Of a stretch of DNA of 64,000 nt, positions 1 to 11,756 are shown piece after piece; position 1 is the stretch's first letter, and each line of letters opens with the position of its first letter. The stretch comes from Escherichia coli (GTDB lineage Bacteria; Pseudomonadota; Gammaproteobacteria; Enterobacterales; Enterobacteriaceae), in NCBI RefSeq assembly GCF_003334255.1, contig NZ_QOWU01000021.1; one strand, 5' to 3'. The position numbers and the translations under genes are program-made. The notes under the pieces are model-generated. The model saw nothing but the letters and a program-made list of their open reading frames with translations. It was not told the origin of the DNA and ran no database searches.

Positions 1-62
1 AATCGGTGGAGCTGCATGACAAAGTCATCGGGCATTATCTGAACATAAAACACTATCAATAA
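1..62 (+). CDS. 3' end of an upstream gene (partial), ending ...SVELHDKVIGHYLNIKHYQ*; by synteny probably the MtlR-like yggD, but not recognised from sequence
   Basis: Open frame from window edge to TAA at 60-62, same frame as yggC; assignment by position only. Confidence 0.35.
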   Translation, partial: SVELHDKVIGHYLNIKHYQ

Positions 63-134
63 GTTGGAGTCATTACCGGGCTGAAGATACAGGCACAGTA
101 CCAGAACGAAGAGATTGAAAATGTACATAAACCG

Positions 135-767
135 TTGCTGCACATGTTGGCGGCCTTACAGACGGTAAATCCGCAGCGGCGTACGGTGGTTTTTCTTTGC
201 GCTCCGCCGGGGACGGGTAAATCAACCCTAACCACCTTCTGGGAATATCTCGCGCAACAAGACCCGGAACTGCCCGCTATTCAGACGCTCCCGATGGATG
301 GTTTTCACCATTACAATAGCTGGCTGGATGCGCATCAATTGCGCCCCTTCAAAGGCGCATCAGAGACATTTGACGTTGCGAAACTGACGGAAAATCTGCG
401 CCAGGTCGTGGAAGGGGATTGTACGTGGCCGCAGTACGATCGACAAAAGCATGATCCTGTTGAAGATGCGTTGCACGTTACCGCACCACTCGTCATCGTC
501 GAAGGAAACTGGTTGTTACTGGATGATGAAAAGTGGCTGGAGTTGGCATCTTTCTGCGATTTTTCTATTTTTATTCATGCACCTGCTCAAATTCTGCGGG
601 AGCGCTTGATTAGTCGTAAAATTGCGGGAGGATTAACGCGGCAAGTAGCCGAAGCATTTTATGCCCGCACCGATGGCCCCAATGTCGAGCGTGTGCTGAT
701 GAATAGCCGTCAGGCCAATCTGATAGTAGAGATGACTGAAGAAGGCCGGTATCACTTCACAAGCTGA
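135..767 (+). CDS. yggC: P-loop kinase-like protein YggC (uridine kinase/PRK family)
   Basis: ORF with Walker A motif CAPPGTGKST; start uncertain (TTG at 135 or ATG at 144), no ATG/GTG between upstream in-frame stop and 135. Confidence 0.8.
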   Translation: MLHMLAALQTVNPQRRTVVFLCAPPGTGKSTLTTFWEYLAQQDPELPAIQTLPMDGFHHYNSWLDAHQLRPFKGASETFDVAKLTENLRQVVEGDCTWPQYDRQKHDPVEDALHVTAPLVIVEGNWLLLDDEKWLELASFCDFSIFIHAPAQILRERLISRKIAGGLTRQVAEAFYARTDGPNVERVLMNSRQANLIVEMTEEGRYHFTS

Positions 768-1051
768 CAATTTATTCCAGTTATTGTAGGGTTATTATTA
801 CGCCAGCCTGGAATAAAGCTTCCCACAAAAGGGGATAAAAGTGTGATGTGAGTCAGATAAATGTCTTCTTCGGCTGGACAAACATTCCTTTTATTCCACG
901 TTTCGCTTATCCTAGCTGAAGCGTTTCAGTCGATTAAATGTTCGACAATTAACCAATCAGTCGCAGTTTGCGACAGGTAAGGTTTCCCCGGACGATTTGC
1001 TGGATTACTCTGTCTGGCAAATTTGCTCAGGGAAAACCTTGCAGGAGATCT

Positions 1052-2071
1052 ATGACCGTACGCGTAGCGATAAATGGCTTCGGTCGCATCGGGCGTAATG
1101 TGGTTCGTGCTTTGTATGAATCCGGACGCCGGGCGGAAATTACCGTGGTGGCAATCAACGAACTGGCGGATGCTGCGGGCATGGCGCATTTGTTGAAATA
1201 TGACACCAGCCATGGCCGTTTTGCATGGGAAGTACGACAGGAACGCGATCAACTTTTTGTTGGTGATGACGCCATCCGCGTATTGCATGAACGTTCACTG
1301 CAATCGCTCCCCTGGCGTGAACTTGGCGTTGATGTAGTCCTCGACTGCACCGGCGTATATGGCTCCCGCGAGCATGGCGAAGCGCATATTGCCGCCGGGG
1401 CCAAAAAAGTGCTCTTTTCACATCCTGGCAGTAACGATCTCGACGCGACCGTTGTTTACGGCGTCAATCAGGATCAACTTCGTGCGGAACACCGCATCGT
1501 TTCTAACGCTTCCTGTACCACGAATTGCATAATTCCCGTCATCAAATTGTTAGATGATGCGTACGGTATTGAGTCCGGCACTGTGACCACAATTCACTCC
1601 GCCATGCACGATCAACAGGTTATTGATGCATACCATCCTGACCTGCGTCGCACCCGGGCAGCCAGCCAGTCGATCATTCCGGTCGATACTAAACTGGCCG
1701 CCGGTATCACACGATTTTTTCCGCAATTTAACGATCGCTTTGAAGCGATTGCGGTACGTGTGCCAACCATAAATGTGACGGCAATCGATTTAAGCGTGAC
1801 GGTGAAGAAACCTGTAAAAGCCAATGAAGTCAACCTGTTGCTGCAAAAAGCAGCACAAGGTGCATTTCATGGTATAGTTGACTATACGGAATTGCCGTTG
1901 GTCTCTGTAGATTTTAACCACGATCCGCACAGTGCCATTGTCGATGGCACCCAAACCCGGGTCAGTGGCGCACACCTGATCAAAACGTTGGTCTGGTGCG
2001 ATAACGAATGGGGCTTTGCTAACCGAATGCTCGACACGACGTTAGCTATGGCTACTGTTGCTTTCAGGTAA
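1052..2071 (+). CDS. epd: D-erythrose-4-phosphate dehydrogenase
   Basis: Translation [17 protein letters not shown]..., GAPDH-family; ATG at 1052 inside longer ORF 968..2071; followed by pgk and fbaA as in the epd-pgk-fbaA operon. Confidence 0.95.
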
Positions 2072-2120
2072 GACGCAAGCAGCGTCTGCAAAACTTTTAG
2101 AATCAACGAGAGGATTCACC

Positions 2121-3284
2121 ATGTCTGTAATTAAGATGACCGATCTGGATCTTGCTGGGAAACGTGTATTTATCCGTGCGGATCTGAACGTACCAGTAAA
2201 AGACGGGAAAGTAACCAGCGACGCGCGTATCCGTGCTTCTCTGCCGACCATCGAACTGGCCCTGAAACAAGGCGCAAAAGTGATGGTAACTTCCCACCTG
2301 GGTCGTCCTACCGAAGGCGAGTACAACGAAGAATTCTCTCTGCTGCCGGTTGTTAACTACCTGAAAGACAAACTGTCTAACCCGGTTCGTCTGGTTAAAG
2401 ATTACCTCGACGGCGTTGACGTTGCTGAAGGTGAACTGGTTGTTCTGGAAAACGTTCGCTTCAACAAAGGCGAGAAGAAAGACGACGAAACCCTGTCCAA
2501 AAAATACGCTGCACTGTGTGACGTGTTCGTAATGGACGCATTCGGTACTGCTCACCGCGCGCAGGCTTCTACTCACGGTATCGGTAAATTCGCTGACGTT
2601 GCGTGCGCAGGCCCGCTGCTGGCAGCTGAACTGGACGCGCTGGGTAAAGCACTGAAAGAACCTGCTCGCCCGATGGTGGCTATCGTTGGTGGTTCTAAAG
2701 TATCTACCAAACTGACCGTTCTGGACTCCCTGTCTAAAATCGCTGACCAGCTGATTGTTGGTGGTGGTATCGCTAACACCTTTATCGCGGCACAAGGCCA
2801 CGATGTGGGTAAATCCCTGTACGAAGCTGACCTGGTTGACGAAGCTAAACGTCTGCTGACCACCTGCAACATCCCGGTTCCGTCTGATGTTCGCGTAGCA
2901 ACCGAGTTCTCTGAAACTGCACCGGCTACCCTGAAATCTGTTAACGATGTGAAAGCTGACGAGCAGATCCTGGATATCGGTGATGCTTCCGCTCAGGAAC
3001 TGGCTGAAATCCTGAAGAATGCGAAAACCATTCTGTGGAACGGTCCGGTTGGCGTGTTCGAATTCCCGAACTTCCGCAAAGGTACTGAAATCGTGGCTAA
3101 CGCTATCGCAGACAGCGAAGCGTTCTCCATCGCTGGCGGCGGCGACACTCTGGCAGCAATCGACCTGTTCGGCATTGCTGACAAAATCTCCTACATCTCC
3201 ACTGGCGGCGGCGCATTCCTCGAATTCGTGGAAGGTAAAGTACTGCCTGCAGTAGCGATGCTCGAAGAGCGCGCTAAGAAGTAA
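2121..3284 (+). CDS. pgk: phosphoglycerate kinase
   Basis: Translation [25 protein letters not shown]...; ATG at 2121 trimmed from ORF 2058..3284. Confidence 0.97.
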
Positions 3285-3498
3285 AAAATCACAGGGCAGG
3301 GAAACCTGCCCTTGTTTCAGCGCGCTTTTAGAGCACGCAATTTTTCATACTCTAAATAATTCGAGTTGCAGGAAGGCGACAAGAGAGTGAATCCCCAGGA
3401 GCTTACATAAGTAAGTGACTGGGGTGAGCGAACGCAGACGCAGCACATGCAACTTGAAGTATGACGAGTATAAGGCCCGACGATACAGGACAAGAGAC

Positions 3499-4578
3499 AT
3501 GTCTAAGATTTTTGATTTCGTAAAACCTGGCGTAATCACTGGTGATGACGTACAGAAAGTTTTCCAGGTAGCAAAAGAAAACAACTTCGCACTGCCAGCA
3601 GTAAACTGCGTCGGTACTGACTCCATCAACGCCGTACTGGAAACCGCTGCTAAAGTTAAAGCGCCGGTTATCGTTCAGTTCTCCAACGGTGGTGCTTCCT
3701 TTATCGCTGGTAAAGGCGTGAAATCTGACGTTCCGCAGGGTGCTGCTATCCTGGGCGCGATCTCTGGTGCGCATCACGTTCACCAGATGGCTGAACATTA
3801 TGGTGTTCCGGTTATCCTGCACACTGACCACTGCGCGAAGAAACTGCTGCCGTGGATCGACGGTCTGTTGGACGCGGGTGAAAAACACTTCGCAGCTACC
3901 GGTAAGCCGCTGTTCTCTTCTCACATGATCGACCTGTCTGAAGAATCTCTGCAAGAGAACATCGAAATCTGCTCTAAATACCTGGAGCGCATGTCCAAAA
4001 TCGGCATGACTCTGGAAATCGAACTGGGTTGCACCGGTGGTGAAGAAGACGGCGTGGACAACAGCCACATGGACGCTTCTGCACTGTACACCCAGCCGGA
4101 AGACGTTGATTACGCATACACCGAACTGAGCAAAATCAGCCCGCGTTTCACCATCGCAGCGTCCTTCGGTAACGTACACGGTGTTTACAAGCCGGGTAAC
4201 GTGGTTCTGACTCCGACCATCCTGCGTGATTCTCAGGAATATGTTTCCAAGAAACACAACCTGCCGCACAACAGCCTGAACTTCGTATTCCACGGTGGTT
4301 CCGGTTCTACTGCTCAGGAAATCAAAGACTCCGTAAGCTACGGCGTAGTAAAAATGAACATCGATACCGATACCCAATGGGCAACCTGGGAAGGCGTTCT
4401 GAACTACTACAAAGCGAACGAAGCTTATCTGCAGGGTCAGCTGGGTAACCCGAAAGGCGAAGATCAGCCGAACAAGAAATACTACGATCCGCGCGTATGG
4501 CTGCGTGCCGGTCAGACTTCGATGATCGCTCGTCTGGAGAAAGCATTCCAGGAACTGAACGCGATCGACGTTCTGTAA
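3499..4578 (+). CDS. fbaA: fructose-bisphosphate aldolase class II
   Basis: Translation MSKIFDFVKPGVITGDDVQKVF...; ATG at 3499 trimmed from ORF 3415..4578. Confidence 0.97.
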   Translation: MSKIFDFVKPGVITGDDVQKVFQVAKENNFALPAVNCVGTDSINAVLETAAKVKAPVIVQFSNGGASFIAGKGVKSDVPQGAAILGAISGAHHVHQMAEHYGVPVILHTDHCAKKLLPWIDGLLDAGEKHFAATGKPLFSSHMIDLSEESLQENIEICSKYLERMSKIGMTLEIELGCTGGEEDGVDNSHMDASALYTQPEDVDYAYTELSKISPRFTIAASFGNVHGVYKPGNVVLTPTILRDSQEYVSKKHNLPHNSLNFVFHGGSGSTAQEIKDSVSYGVVKMNIDTDTQWATWEGVLNYYKANEAYLQGQLGNPKGEDQPNKKYYDPRVWLRAGQTSMIARLEKAFQELNAIDVL

Positions 4579-4602
4579 GATATTCCTTTCTGCTTATCTC
4601 AA

Positions 4603-4627
4603 GGCCCGCTCTGCGGGTCTTTTTTTC
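4603..4627 (+). terminator. intrinsic terminator downstream of fbaA
   Basis: GC hairpin cccgc-tct-gcggg followed by run of 7 T. Confidence 0.75.
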
Positions 4628-4642
4628 GCCAAAAGCAAAATT

Positions 4643-4741
4643 GCCTGATGCGCTACGCTTATCAGGCCTACACGTATCCTGCAATATATTGAATTTGCAG
4701 GTTTTTGTAGGCCGGATAAGGCGTTCACGCCGCATCCGGCA
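4643..4741. repeat. REP pair (BIME) in fbaA-mscS intergenic region, flanked by ~35-bp direct repeats at 4604-4638 and 4771-4805
   Basis: gcctgatgcgctacgcttatcaggcctac and inverted gtaggccggataaggcgttcacgccgcatccggca are typical REP palindromes. Confidence 0.85.
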
Positions 4742-4935
4742 TGACAAAGCGCACATTGATATCTGTCTGAGCCCCGCTCTGCGGGGATTTTTTCGCCAAA
4801 AGCAAGGTGATTCAGATGAGAAATCTGTGATCTATTTGGCAAAATTATGCTTTATTGTTTACCCTTGTCAGACTGCCCGTCATAAGGCGGCGGAGTGTAT
4901 TTCTCCATTTTGAGTCAGTTGAAAAGGAATATTGA

Positions 4936-5796
<861 letters not shown>

Positions 5797-5805
5797 TCAA
5801 CGCTG

Positions 5806-5830
5806 AGGCCAGATAATACTCTCTGGCCTC
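5806..5830 (+). terminator. stem-loop after mscS (probable terminator)
   Basis: gaggccaga / tctggcctc inverted repeat followed by T-rich tctcttattagtttttct. Confidence 0.55.
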
Positions 5831-5934
5831 TCTCTTATTAGTTTTTCTGATTGCCAATTAATATTATCAATTTCCGCTAATAACAATCCCGCGATATAGT
5901 CTCTGCATCAGATACTTAATTCGGAATATCCAAC

Positions 5935-6570
5935 GTGTTTTCTTATTACTTTCAAGGTCTTGCACTTGGGGCGGCTATGATCCTACCGCTCGGTCCACAA
6001 AATGCTTTTGTGATGAATCAGGGCATACGTCGTCAGTACCACATTATGATTGCCTTACTTTGTGCTATCAGCGATTTGGTCCTGATTTGCGCCGGGATTT
6101 TTGGTGGCAGCGCGTTATTGATGCAGTCGCCGTGGTTGCTGGCGCTGGTCACCTGGGGCGGCGTAGCCTTCTTGCTGTGGTATGGTTTTGGCGCTTTTAA
6201 AACAGCAATGAGCAGTAATATTGAGTTAGCCAGCGCCGAAGTCATGAAGCAAGGCAGATGGAAAATTATCGCCACCATGTTGGCAGTGACCTGGCTGAAT
6301 CCGCATGTTTACCTGGATACTTTTGTTGTACTGGGCAGCCTTGGCGGGCAACTTGATGTGGAACCAAAACGCTGGTTTGCACTCGGGACAATTAGCGCCT
6401 CTTTCCTGTGGTTCTTTGGTCTGGCTCTTCTCGCAGCCTGGCTGGCACCGCGTCTGCGCACGGCAAAAGCACAGCGCATTATCAATCTGGTTGTGGGATG
6501 TGTTATGTGGTTTATTGCCTTGCAGCTGGCGAGAGACGGTATTGCTCATGCACAAGCCTTGTTCAGTTAG
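5935..6570 (+). CDS. argO: arginine exporter (LysE family)
   Basis: 211-aa membrane [26 protein letters not shown]..., GTG start; argP lies nearby. Confidence 0.93.
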   Translation: MFSYYFQGLALGAAMILPLGPQNAFVMNQGIRRQYHIMIALLCAISDLVLICAGIFGGSALLMQSPWLLALVTWGGVAFLLWYGFGAFKTAMSSNIELASAEVMKQGRWKIIATMLAVTWLNPHVYLDTFVVLGSLGGQLDVEPKRWFALGTISASFLWFFGLALLAAWLAPRLRTAKAQRIINLVVGCVMWFIALQLARDGIAHAQALFS

Positions 6571-6662
6571 GCGCTATCTGATGGAAAAATAAAACAGAGG
6601 CGCTAAGCTTGCCTCCAGAGGTCCTGAATTTTGGGCAAGTCAATTAACACGGAGAGACTAAC

Positions 6663-7403
6663 GTGAAGTTCAAAGTTATCGCCCTGGCGGCATTAATGGG
6701 TATTAGCGGGATGGCAGCGCAGGCTAACGAATTGCCGGATGGACCGCATATTGTCACCTCCGGTACGGCAAGCGTGGATGCGGTGCCAGACATTGCCACT
6801 CTTGCGATTGAAGTTAACGTGGCCGCGAAGGATGCCGCTACTGCCAAGAAACAGGCAGATGAGCGCGTCGCACAATACATTTCCTTCCTTGAACTCAATC
6901 AGATCGCGAAAAAAGATATCAGCTCAGCGAACTTACGCACCCAGCCAGATTATGATTATCAGGATGGTAAAAGTATCCTTAAAGGCTACCGCGCTGTGAG
7001 AACGGTGGAAGTCACGCTCCGTCAGTTAGACAAACTGAATTCCTTGCTGGATGGCGCGCTGAAGGCGGGTCTTAACGAAATTCGTTCTGTGTCGCTGGGC
7101 GTGGCGCAGCCGGATGCCTATAAAGACAAAGCGCGTAAGGCAGCGATTGATAACGCGATTCATCAGGCGCAGGAACTGGCGAACGGCTTTCATCGTAAAC
7201 TGGGGCCGGTATATAGCGTGCGCTACCATGTTTCCAACTATCAGCCCAGCCCAATGGTGCGGATGATGAAAGCCGATGCCGCGCCGGTGTCCGCCCAGGA
7301 AACTTACGAGCAGGCCGCTATTCAGTTTGATGATCAGGTCGATGTGGTCTTCCAGTTAGAACCTGTGGATCAACAACCCGCTAAAACACCTGCAGCACAA
7401 TAA
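6663..7403 (+). CDS. yggE: periplasmic SIMPL/DUF541 family protein YggE
   Basis: 246-aa ORF with signal peptide MKFKVIALAALMGISGMAAQA, GTG start. Confidence 0.9.
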   Translation: MKFKVIALAALMGISGMAAQANELPDGPHIVTSGTASVDAVPDIATLAIEVNVAAKDAATAKKQADERVAQYISFLELNQIAKKDISSANLRTQPDYDYQDGKSILKGYRAVRTVEVTLRQLDKLNSLLDGALKAGLNEIRSVSLGVAQPDAYKDKARKAAIDNAIHQAQELANGFHRKLGPVYSVRYHVSNYQPSPMVRMMKADAAPVSAQETYEQAAIQFDDQVDVVFQLEPVDQQPAKTPAAQ

Positions 7404-7569
7404 TATTTGTAGCCCGACGTATTCGTCGGGCTAATGCCTTTACCCGATATTGCCTCCTTTTTCTGTAATTTTCTGTAAAACCATGACGTAATCACCTATC
7501 TTTGCTCGCGGTTTCATCAAGGATAGGCTGACTGAAACGGTTAAGCGGACAAGGATGCGGGGGAGGGGG

Positions 7570-8466
7570 ATGGACATTTTTATTTCGAAAAAGATGCGCA
7601 ATTTCATTTTATTAGCGCAAACCAATAATATTGCCCGGGCGGCAGAAAAAATCCATATGACGGCTTCGCCATTTGGTAAAAGCATTGCCGCGCTGGAAGA
7701 ACAAATTGGCTATACGCTATTTACCCGCAAAGATAATAATATCAGCCTCAATAAAGCCGGACAGGAACTGTATCAAAAACTGTTCCCGGTTTATCAACGG
7801 CTTTCTGCGATTGATAATGAAATCCATAACTCAGGGCGTCGTTCACGAGAAATTGTGATTGGCATAGATAATACTTATCCGACAATTATTTTCGATCAGT
7901 TGATTAGTCTCGGAGATAAGTATGAAGGCGTGACCGCCCAGCCAGTTGAGTTCAGCGAAAATGGCGTTATCGATAATCTTTTTGACCGCCAGTTAGATTT
8001 TATTATCTCCCCACAGCATGTATCTGCACGAGTTCAGGAACTGGAAAACCTGACTATCAGTGAACTACCACCGCTGCGATTAGGCTTTCTCGTTTCTCGC
8101 CGTTATGAAGAGCGACAAGAGCAAGAGCTGCTTCAGGAGCTGCCCTGGCTACAAATGCGCTTTCAGAACCGGGCCAACTTCGAAGCAATGATTGATGCGA
8201 ATATGCGACCTTGTGGGATCAATCCAACCATTATTTATCGTCCCTACAGTTTTATGGCCAAAATCAGCGCCGTGGAGCGCGGACATTTTCTGACGGTGAT
8301 CCCGCATTTTGCCTGGCGACTGGTGAATCCGGCAACGCTGAAATATTTTGATGCACCGCACAGGCCGATGTATATGCAGGAATATCTTTATTCAATCAGA
8401 AATCATCGTTATACCGCCACGATGCTTCAGCATATTGCTGAAGATCGTGACGGGACGAGTCATTAA
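7570..8466 (+). CDS. ygfI: LysR-family transcriptional regulator YgfI
   Basis: ORF 7555..8466 trimmed to MDIFISKKMRNFILLAQTNNIARAAEKIHMTASPFGKSI (LysR-type HTH); stop overlaps convergent scpC stop. Confidence 0.88.
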   Translation: MDIFISKKMRNFILLAQTNNIARAAEKIHMTASPFGKSIAALEEQIGYTLFTRKDNNISLNKAGQELYQKLFPVYQRLSAIDNEIHNSGRRSREIVIGIDNTYPTIIFDQLISLGDKYEGVTAQPVEFSENGVIDNLFDRQLDFIISPQHVSARVQELENLTISELPPLRLGFLVSRRYEERQEQELLQELPWLQMRFQNRANFEAMIDANMRPCGINPTIIYRPYSFMAKISAVERGHFLTVIPHFAWRLVNPATLKYFDAPHRPMYMQEYLYSIRNHRYTATMLQHIAEDRDGTSH

Positions 8467-9941
8467 CCCAGCATCGAGCCGGTTGCAATTAAATTACGGT
8501 GTAAGTCGAAGACGTGGCTAAGATCGTGGTGAATATGTCCGCCAGGCGCATTTTCCAGATAGCGATGCAGATAATCCCGATACATAGGATGTGCACAATT
8601 ATCAATGATAGTGCGGGCGCGTTGAAGCGGGGAAAGACCGCGCAGATCGGCGATCCCTTGTTCGGTGATGATCACTTTGACGCTGTGTTCGCTGTGATCA
8701 ACATGGCTGCACATTGGCACGACGGTTGAGATCTTGCCTTCTTTAGCAATCGACGGGGCCATAAAGATCGACAGATACGCGTTGCGTTCAAAATCACCGC
8801 TGCCGCCGATGCCGTTCATCAGATCGACCCCGGCTACGTGTGTTGAGTTGGCATGCCCGTAAATATCAAACTCCAGGCCGACGTTCAGAGCGATGACGCC
8901 CAGACGACGGATGATTTCCGGGTTATTGGAAATCTCCTGCGGACGCAACACAATGCGGCTGGCAAAGTAATCCATATTGTCGTAAATCTTGCGCAGGGAA
9001 TCGGCCGAGATTGTCAGGCTGGAGGCGCTGGCCCCGCTGATTTTGCCGGTTTCCAGTAAATGCACCACCGATTCCTGTAGCACTTCCGAATACATCATAA
9101 ACGGAGGAATTACCGGGTTTTCCCCCAGACGCGCCATTACCGCATTATTGATATTGCCCACGCCACTTTGCAGCGGCAGAAATTCCGGCGGAATACGCCC
9201 ATGCGCCATTTCCTGCAATAAGAACGTGACCACGTTATCGGCAATCTGCTGGCACATGGGATTTTGCTTATCCAGCATATTACCGGCGTCGGGCAAGTTG
9301 GTTTCCACGACGGCGACAATCTTTTTCGGATCGATTTGCACATAGCGGGTACCGACGCGATCCATTGCATGGAAGATCGACACGCTATTGCGCCGCGGTG
9401 GCGCGCCAGGAATCACAATATCCGCCAGTTCTGCAACGCGCGGATCGTGATAGTGATTGAGTTCAATGATCACTTTCTTCGCCCGCAGCAGCCAGGTCGG
9501 CGCATTACCGATCCCGCTGGTTAACCAGACTCGACCATCCGGTGCCAGTGCCGATGCTTCAATGACGGCAACATCAATGTCGCCGAAGAAACCGTAATTG
9601 ACCATTTGCGCCACTTCGCTCAAATGCAGGTCAACGAAACTCACCGCGCCCTGATTGATCTTTTTACGTAAACCGGACGATGTTTGATATGGCGCACGCC
9701 AGGAAACAGCATCGGCGTCAGAAAGTACATCGTCAGCGGCGGCGCTGATTGACGCACCCGTCAGAAGGCGAATTTGATACGGCTTTTTGGCCTCATGCTG
9801 TTCGTTAGCTCTGCGGGCAATCGCGGTGGGTAGGGCTTTCGGCGAACCCGCCGGGGTAAAGCCGCTAAATGCCACCATGTCGTTATGCTGGATAATTTCT
9901 GCCGCTTCATTGGCGGTCATCCTTGTCCACTGAGTTTCCAT
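8463..9941 (-). CDS. scpC: propionyl-CoA:succinate CoA-transferase
   Basis: 492-aa ORF METQWTRMTANEAAEIIQHNDMVAFSGFTPAGSPK..., acetyl-CoA hydrolase/transferase family; last gene of sbm operon. Confidence 0.94.
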   Translation of the reverse strand: METQWTRMTANEAAEIIQHNDMVAFSGFTPAGSPKALPTAIARRANEQHEAKKPYQIRLLTGASISAAADDVLSDADAVSWRAPYQTSSGLRKKINQGAVSFVDLHLSEVAQMVNYGFFGDIDVAVIEASALAPDGRVWLTSGIGNAPTWLLRAKKVIIELNHYHDPRVAELADIVIPGAPPRRNSVSIFHAMDRVGTRYVQIDPKKIVAVVETNLPDAGNMLDKQNPMCQQIADNVVTFLLQEMAHGRIPPEFLPLQSGVGNINNAVMARLGENPVIPPFMMYSEVLQESVVHLLETGKISGASASSLTISADSLRKIYDNMDYFASRIVLRPQEISNNPEIIRRLGVIALNVGLEFDIYGHANSTHVAGVDLMNGIGGSGDFERNAYLSIFMAPSIAKEGKISTVVPMCSHVDHSEHSVKVIITEQGIADLRGLSPLQRARTIIDNCAHPMYRDYLHRYLENAPGGHIHHDLSHVFDLHRNLIATGSMLG

Positions 9942-9964
9942 TTTTACTCCTTCGTTCGCAGGGA

Positions 9965-10750
9965 TTAATGACCAACGAAATTAGGTTTACGTTTTTCGAG
10001 GAAAGCGTTCATCCCTTCCTGGTAATCTTCGCTGTCATACACCGCGCGGCGCATCCCCTGAATACGTTCAAATTCATCGGAGTTCATGGTGTGTGCTTCG
10101 CCCAGTACACGCAGCTCTTCTTTGATAACGGCAATGGCTAACGGCGCTTTCTCAGAGATGTGGTGCGCCATTTGTAAGGTGAAATCTTCCAGTTCTTCCA
10201 CTTCCACAACATGGTTGAGGATGCCGACAGCCAGCGCGCGCTGGGCGGTGATTGGCGAAGCGGTAAAAATCAGCTCTTTGACAATGTGGAAGCCCGCGTC
10301 GCGGGTCAGGTTGTGAATGCCGACCAGGTTATACGGGACGCCGAGGTTTACAGGCGTCATTGAGAAGGTTGAGGTACTGGCGGCGATGATCAGATCGGAA
10401 CTCATGATCATTTCAAATGCGCCACCCCAAACACTACCTTCCACCATCGAAATGATCGGTTTCGGGAATTTTTGGATCATGCGGGTGATTTGACGCAATG
10501 GATCATCATAGGAGAGCGGATCGCGACCGCCAGACGGCAGTTCGTGAATATCGTGACCTGCGGAGAAGACTTTGGATCCACTCGGTGCGCGCAAAATGAT
10601 ACAGCGAATTTCCGGCCGGTTGAGATCGCTTAACGCCTGCATAAGATCATCAATAAAGACTTTACTTAAGGCATTAAGTTTTCGGCCATAGTTAAACTCA
10701 ATGACCGCCACTTTGTTGATAGTGACAACGTTAACATACTGATAAGACAT
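9965..10750 (-). CDS. scpB: methylmalonyl-CoA decarboxylase (crotonase fold)
   Basis: ORF 9965..10792 trimmed to MSYQYVNVVTINKVAVIEFNYGRKLNAL... Confidence 0.92.
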   Translation of the reverse strand: MSYQYVNVVTINKVAVIEFNYGRKLNALSKVFIDDLMQALSDLNRPEIRCIILRAPSGSKVFSAGHDIHELPSGGRDPLSYDDPLRQITRMIQKFPKPIISMVEGSVWGGAFEMIMSSDLIIAASTSTFSMTPVNLGVPYNLVGIHNLTRDAGFHIVKELIFTASPITAQRALAVGILNHVVEVEELEDFTLQMAHHISEKAPLAIAVIKEELRVLGEAHTMNSDEFERIQGMRRAVYDSEDYQEGMNAFLEKRKPNFVGH

Positions 10751-10760
10751 AAAAATTCCT

Positions 10761-11756
10761 TTAATCAAAATATTGCGTCTGGATAAATTCACTGAGCTGC
10801 CGCAGGCCGGTGCGCGGTGAGAGCGTATTGTTTTTGACCGCTAAAAGCGTCTGGCGGTAATAGCGATCGAAATCTTCATTCGCGAACAGGTGATTCAGTA
10901 CTTCTTCTTCGGTCTGCTTACGCAGCCATTCCACCGATTGTTGTTGCCGCACTTGTTGTAAACGACCACTGGCAGTTAGCGCGGTTTTGAAGTCGATGAT
11001 GGCGTGCCAGATCTCATCGATTCCACGTTTTTCCAGTGCGCTACAAGTCAGAACCCGTGGCTGCCATTCGTCGTATTTACGTCGCAGAATATGCAGGGCA
11101 CTCTCGTACATATGCCGGGCAATGGCGACATTGGTATGGTTATCGCCATCGTCTTTGTTGATAACGATCAGATCAGCCACTTCCATCAGCCCTTTTTTAA
11201 TGCCCTGCAGATCATCGCCGCCACCGGCAATTTGCAACGAGATAAAACAGTCCACCATGCGGGCGACTTCTGTTTCCGACTGCCCGACGCCAACCGTTTC
11301 GACAATCACTACGTCATAACCCGCTGCTTCGCATAACAGCATTAATTCCCGCGCTCGCTGACTGGCACCGCCCAGATGACCGGAGGATGGTACCGGGCGA
11401 ATAAACGCCGCTTCGGCACGCGCCAGGTCATTCATGCGGGTTTTATCCCCGAGAATGCTACCGCCAGTGACCGGGCTGCTGGGATCGACCGCAATAACCG
11501 CGACCTTTAATCCCTCTCGAATCAACAACATGCCAAAGGCCTCAAGAAAGGTACTTTTCCCCGCGCCGGGGGTGCCGGTAACGCCCAGTCGCAGGGTGTT
11601 ACCGCAGTACGGCATAATGGCATCAAGCAGCTGCGTACTTAGTGCCTGATGACGCGGGTGACGGCTTTCCACCAGCGTCATGGCCTGGGCGAGTGTGGCA
11701 CGCTCACCCTGACGTAAGCGGCGAATACTTTCTGCCAGCGTGGCTTCATTAATCAT
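10761..11756 (-). CDS. argK: MeaB-like GTPase/methylmalonyl-CoA mutase accessory protein
   Basis: 331-aa ORF with P-loop [13 protein letters not shown]; overlaps scpA 3' end by 8 nt. Confidence 0.93.
   Translation of the reverse strand: MINEATLAESIRRLRQGERATLAQAMTLVESRHPRHQALSTQLLDAIMPYCGNTLRLGVTGTPGAGKSTFLEAFGMLLIREGLKVAVIAVDPSSPVTGGSILGDKTRMNDLARAEAAFIRPVPSSGHLGGASQRARELMLLCEAAGYDVVIVETVGVGQSETEVARMVDCFISLQIAGGGDDLQGIKKGLMEVADLIVINKDDGDNHTNVAIARHMYESALHILRRKYDEWQPRVLTCSALEKRGIDEIWHAIIDFKTALTASGRLQQVRQQQSVEWLRKQTEEEVLNHLFANEDFDRYYRQTLLAVKNNTLSPRTGLRQLSEFIQTQYFD

Noticed and set aside
968-1051. N-terminal extensions proposed by the longest-ORF track (epd, pgk, fbaA, rpiA, pepP, uacT, guaD, xanQ, ssnA, scpA, scpB, argP)
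   Set aside because: The extensions start at upstream GTG/TTG/ATG codons without an RBS and precede the well-conserved N-terminus; starts were set to the first Met matching the known protein start.
3403-4377. 324-aa ORF antisense to fbaA (and a 232-aa ORF antisense to pgk at 2103..2801)
   Set aside because: Antisense to very highly expressed glycolytic genes; no domain signature.
4322-4913. ORFs of 144 and 138 aa spanning the fbaA-mscS REP region
   Set aside because: They run through REP palindromes and terminator hairpins and have Arg/Ser-rich low-complexity translations; the region is non-coding repeat DNA.
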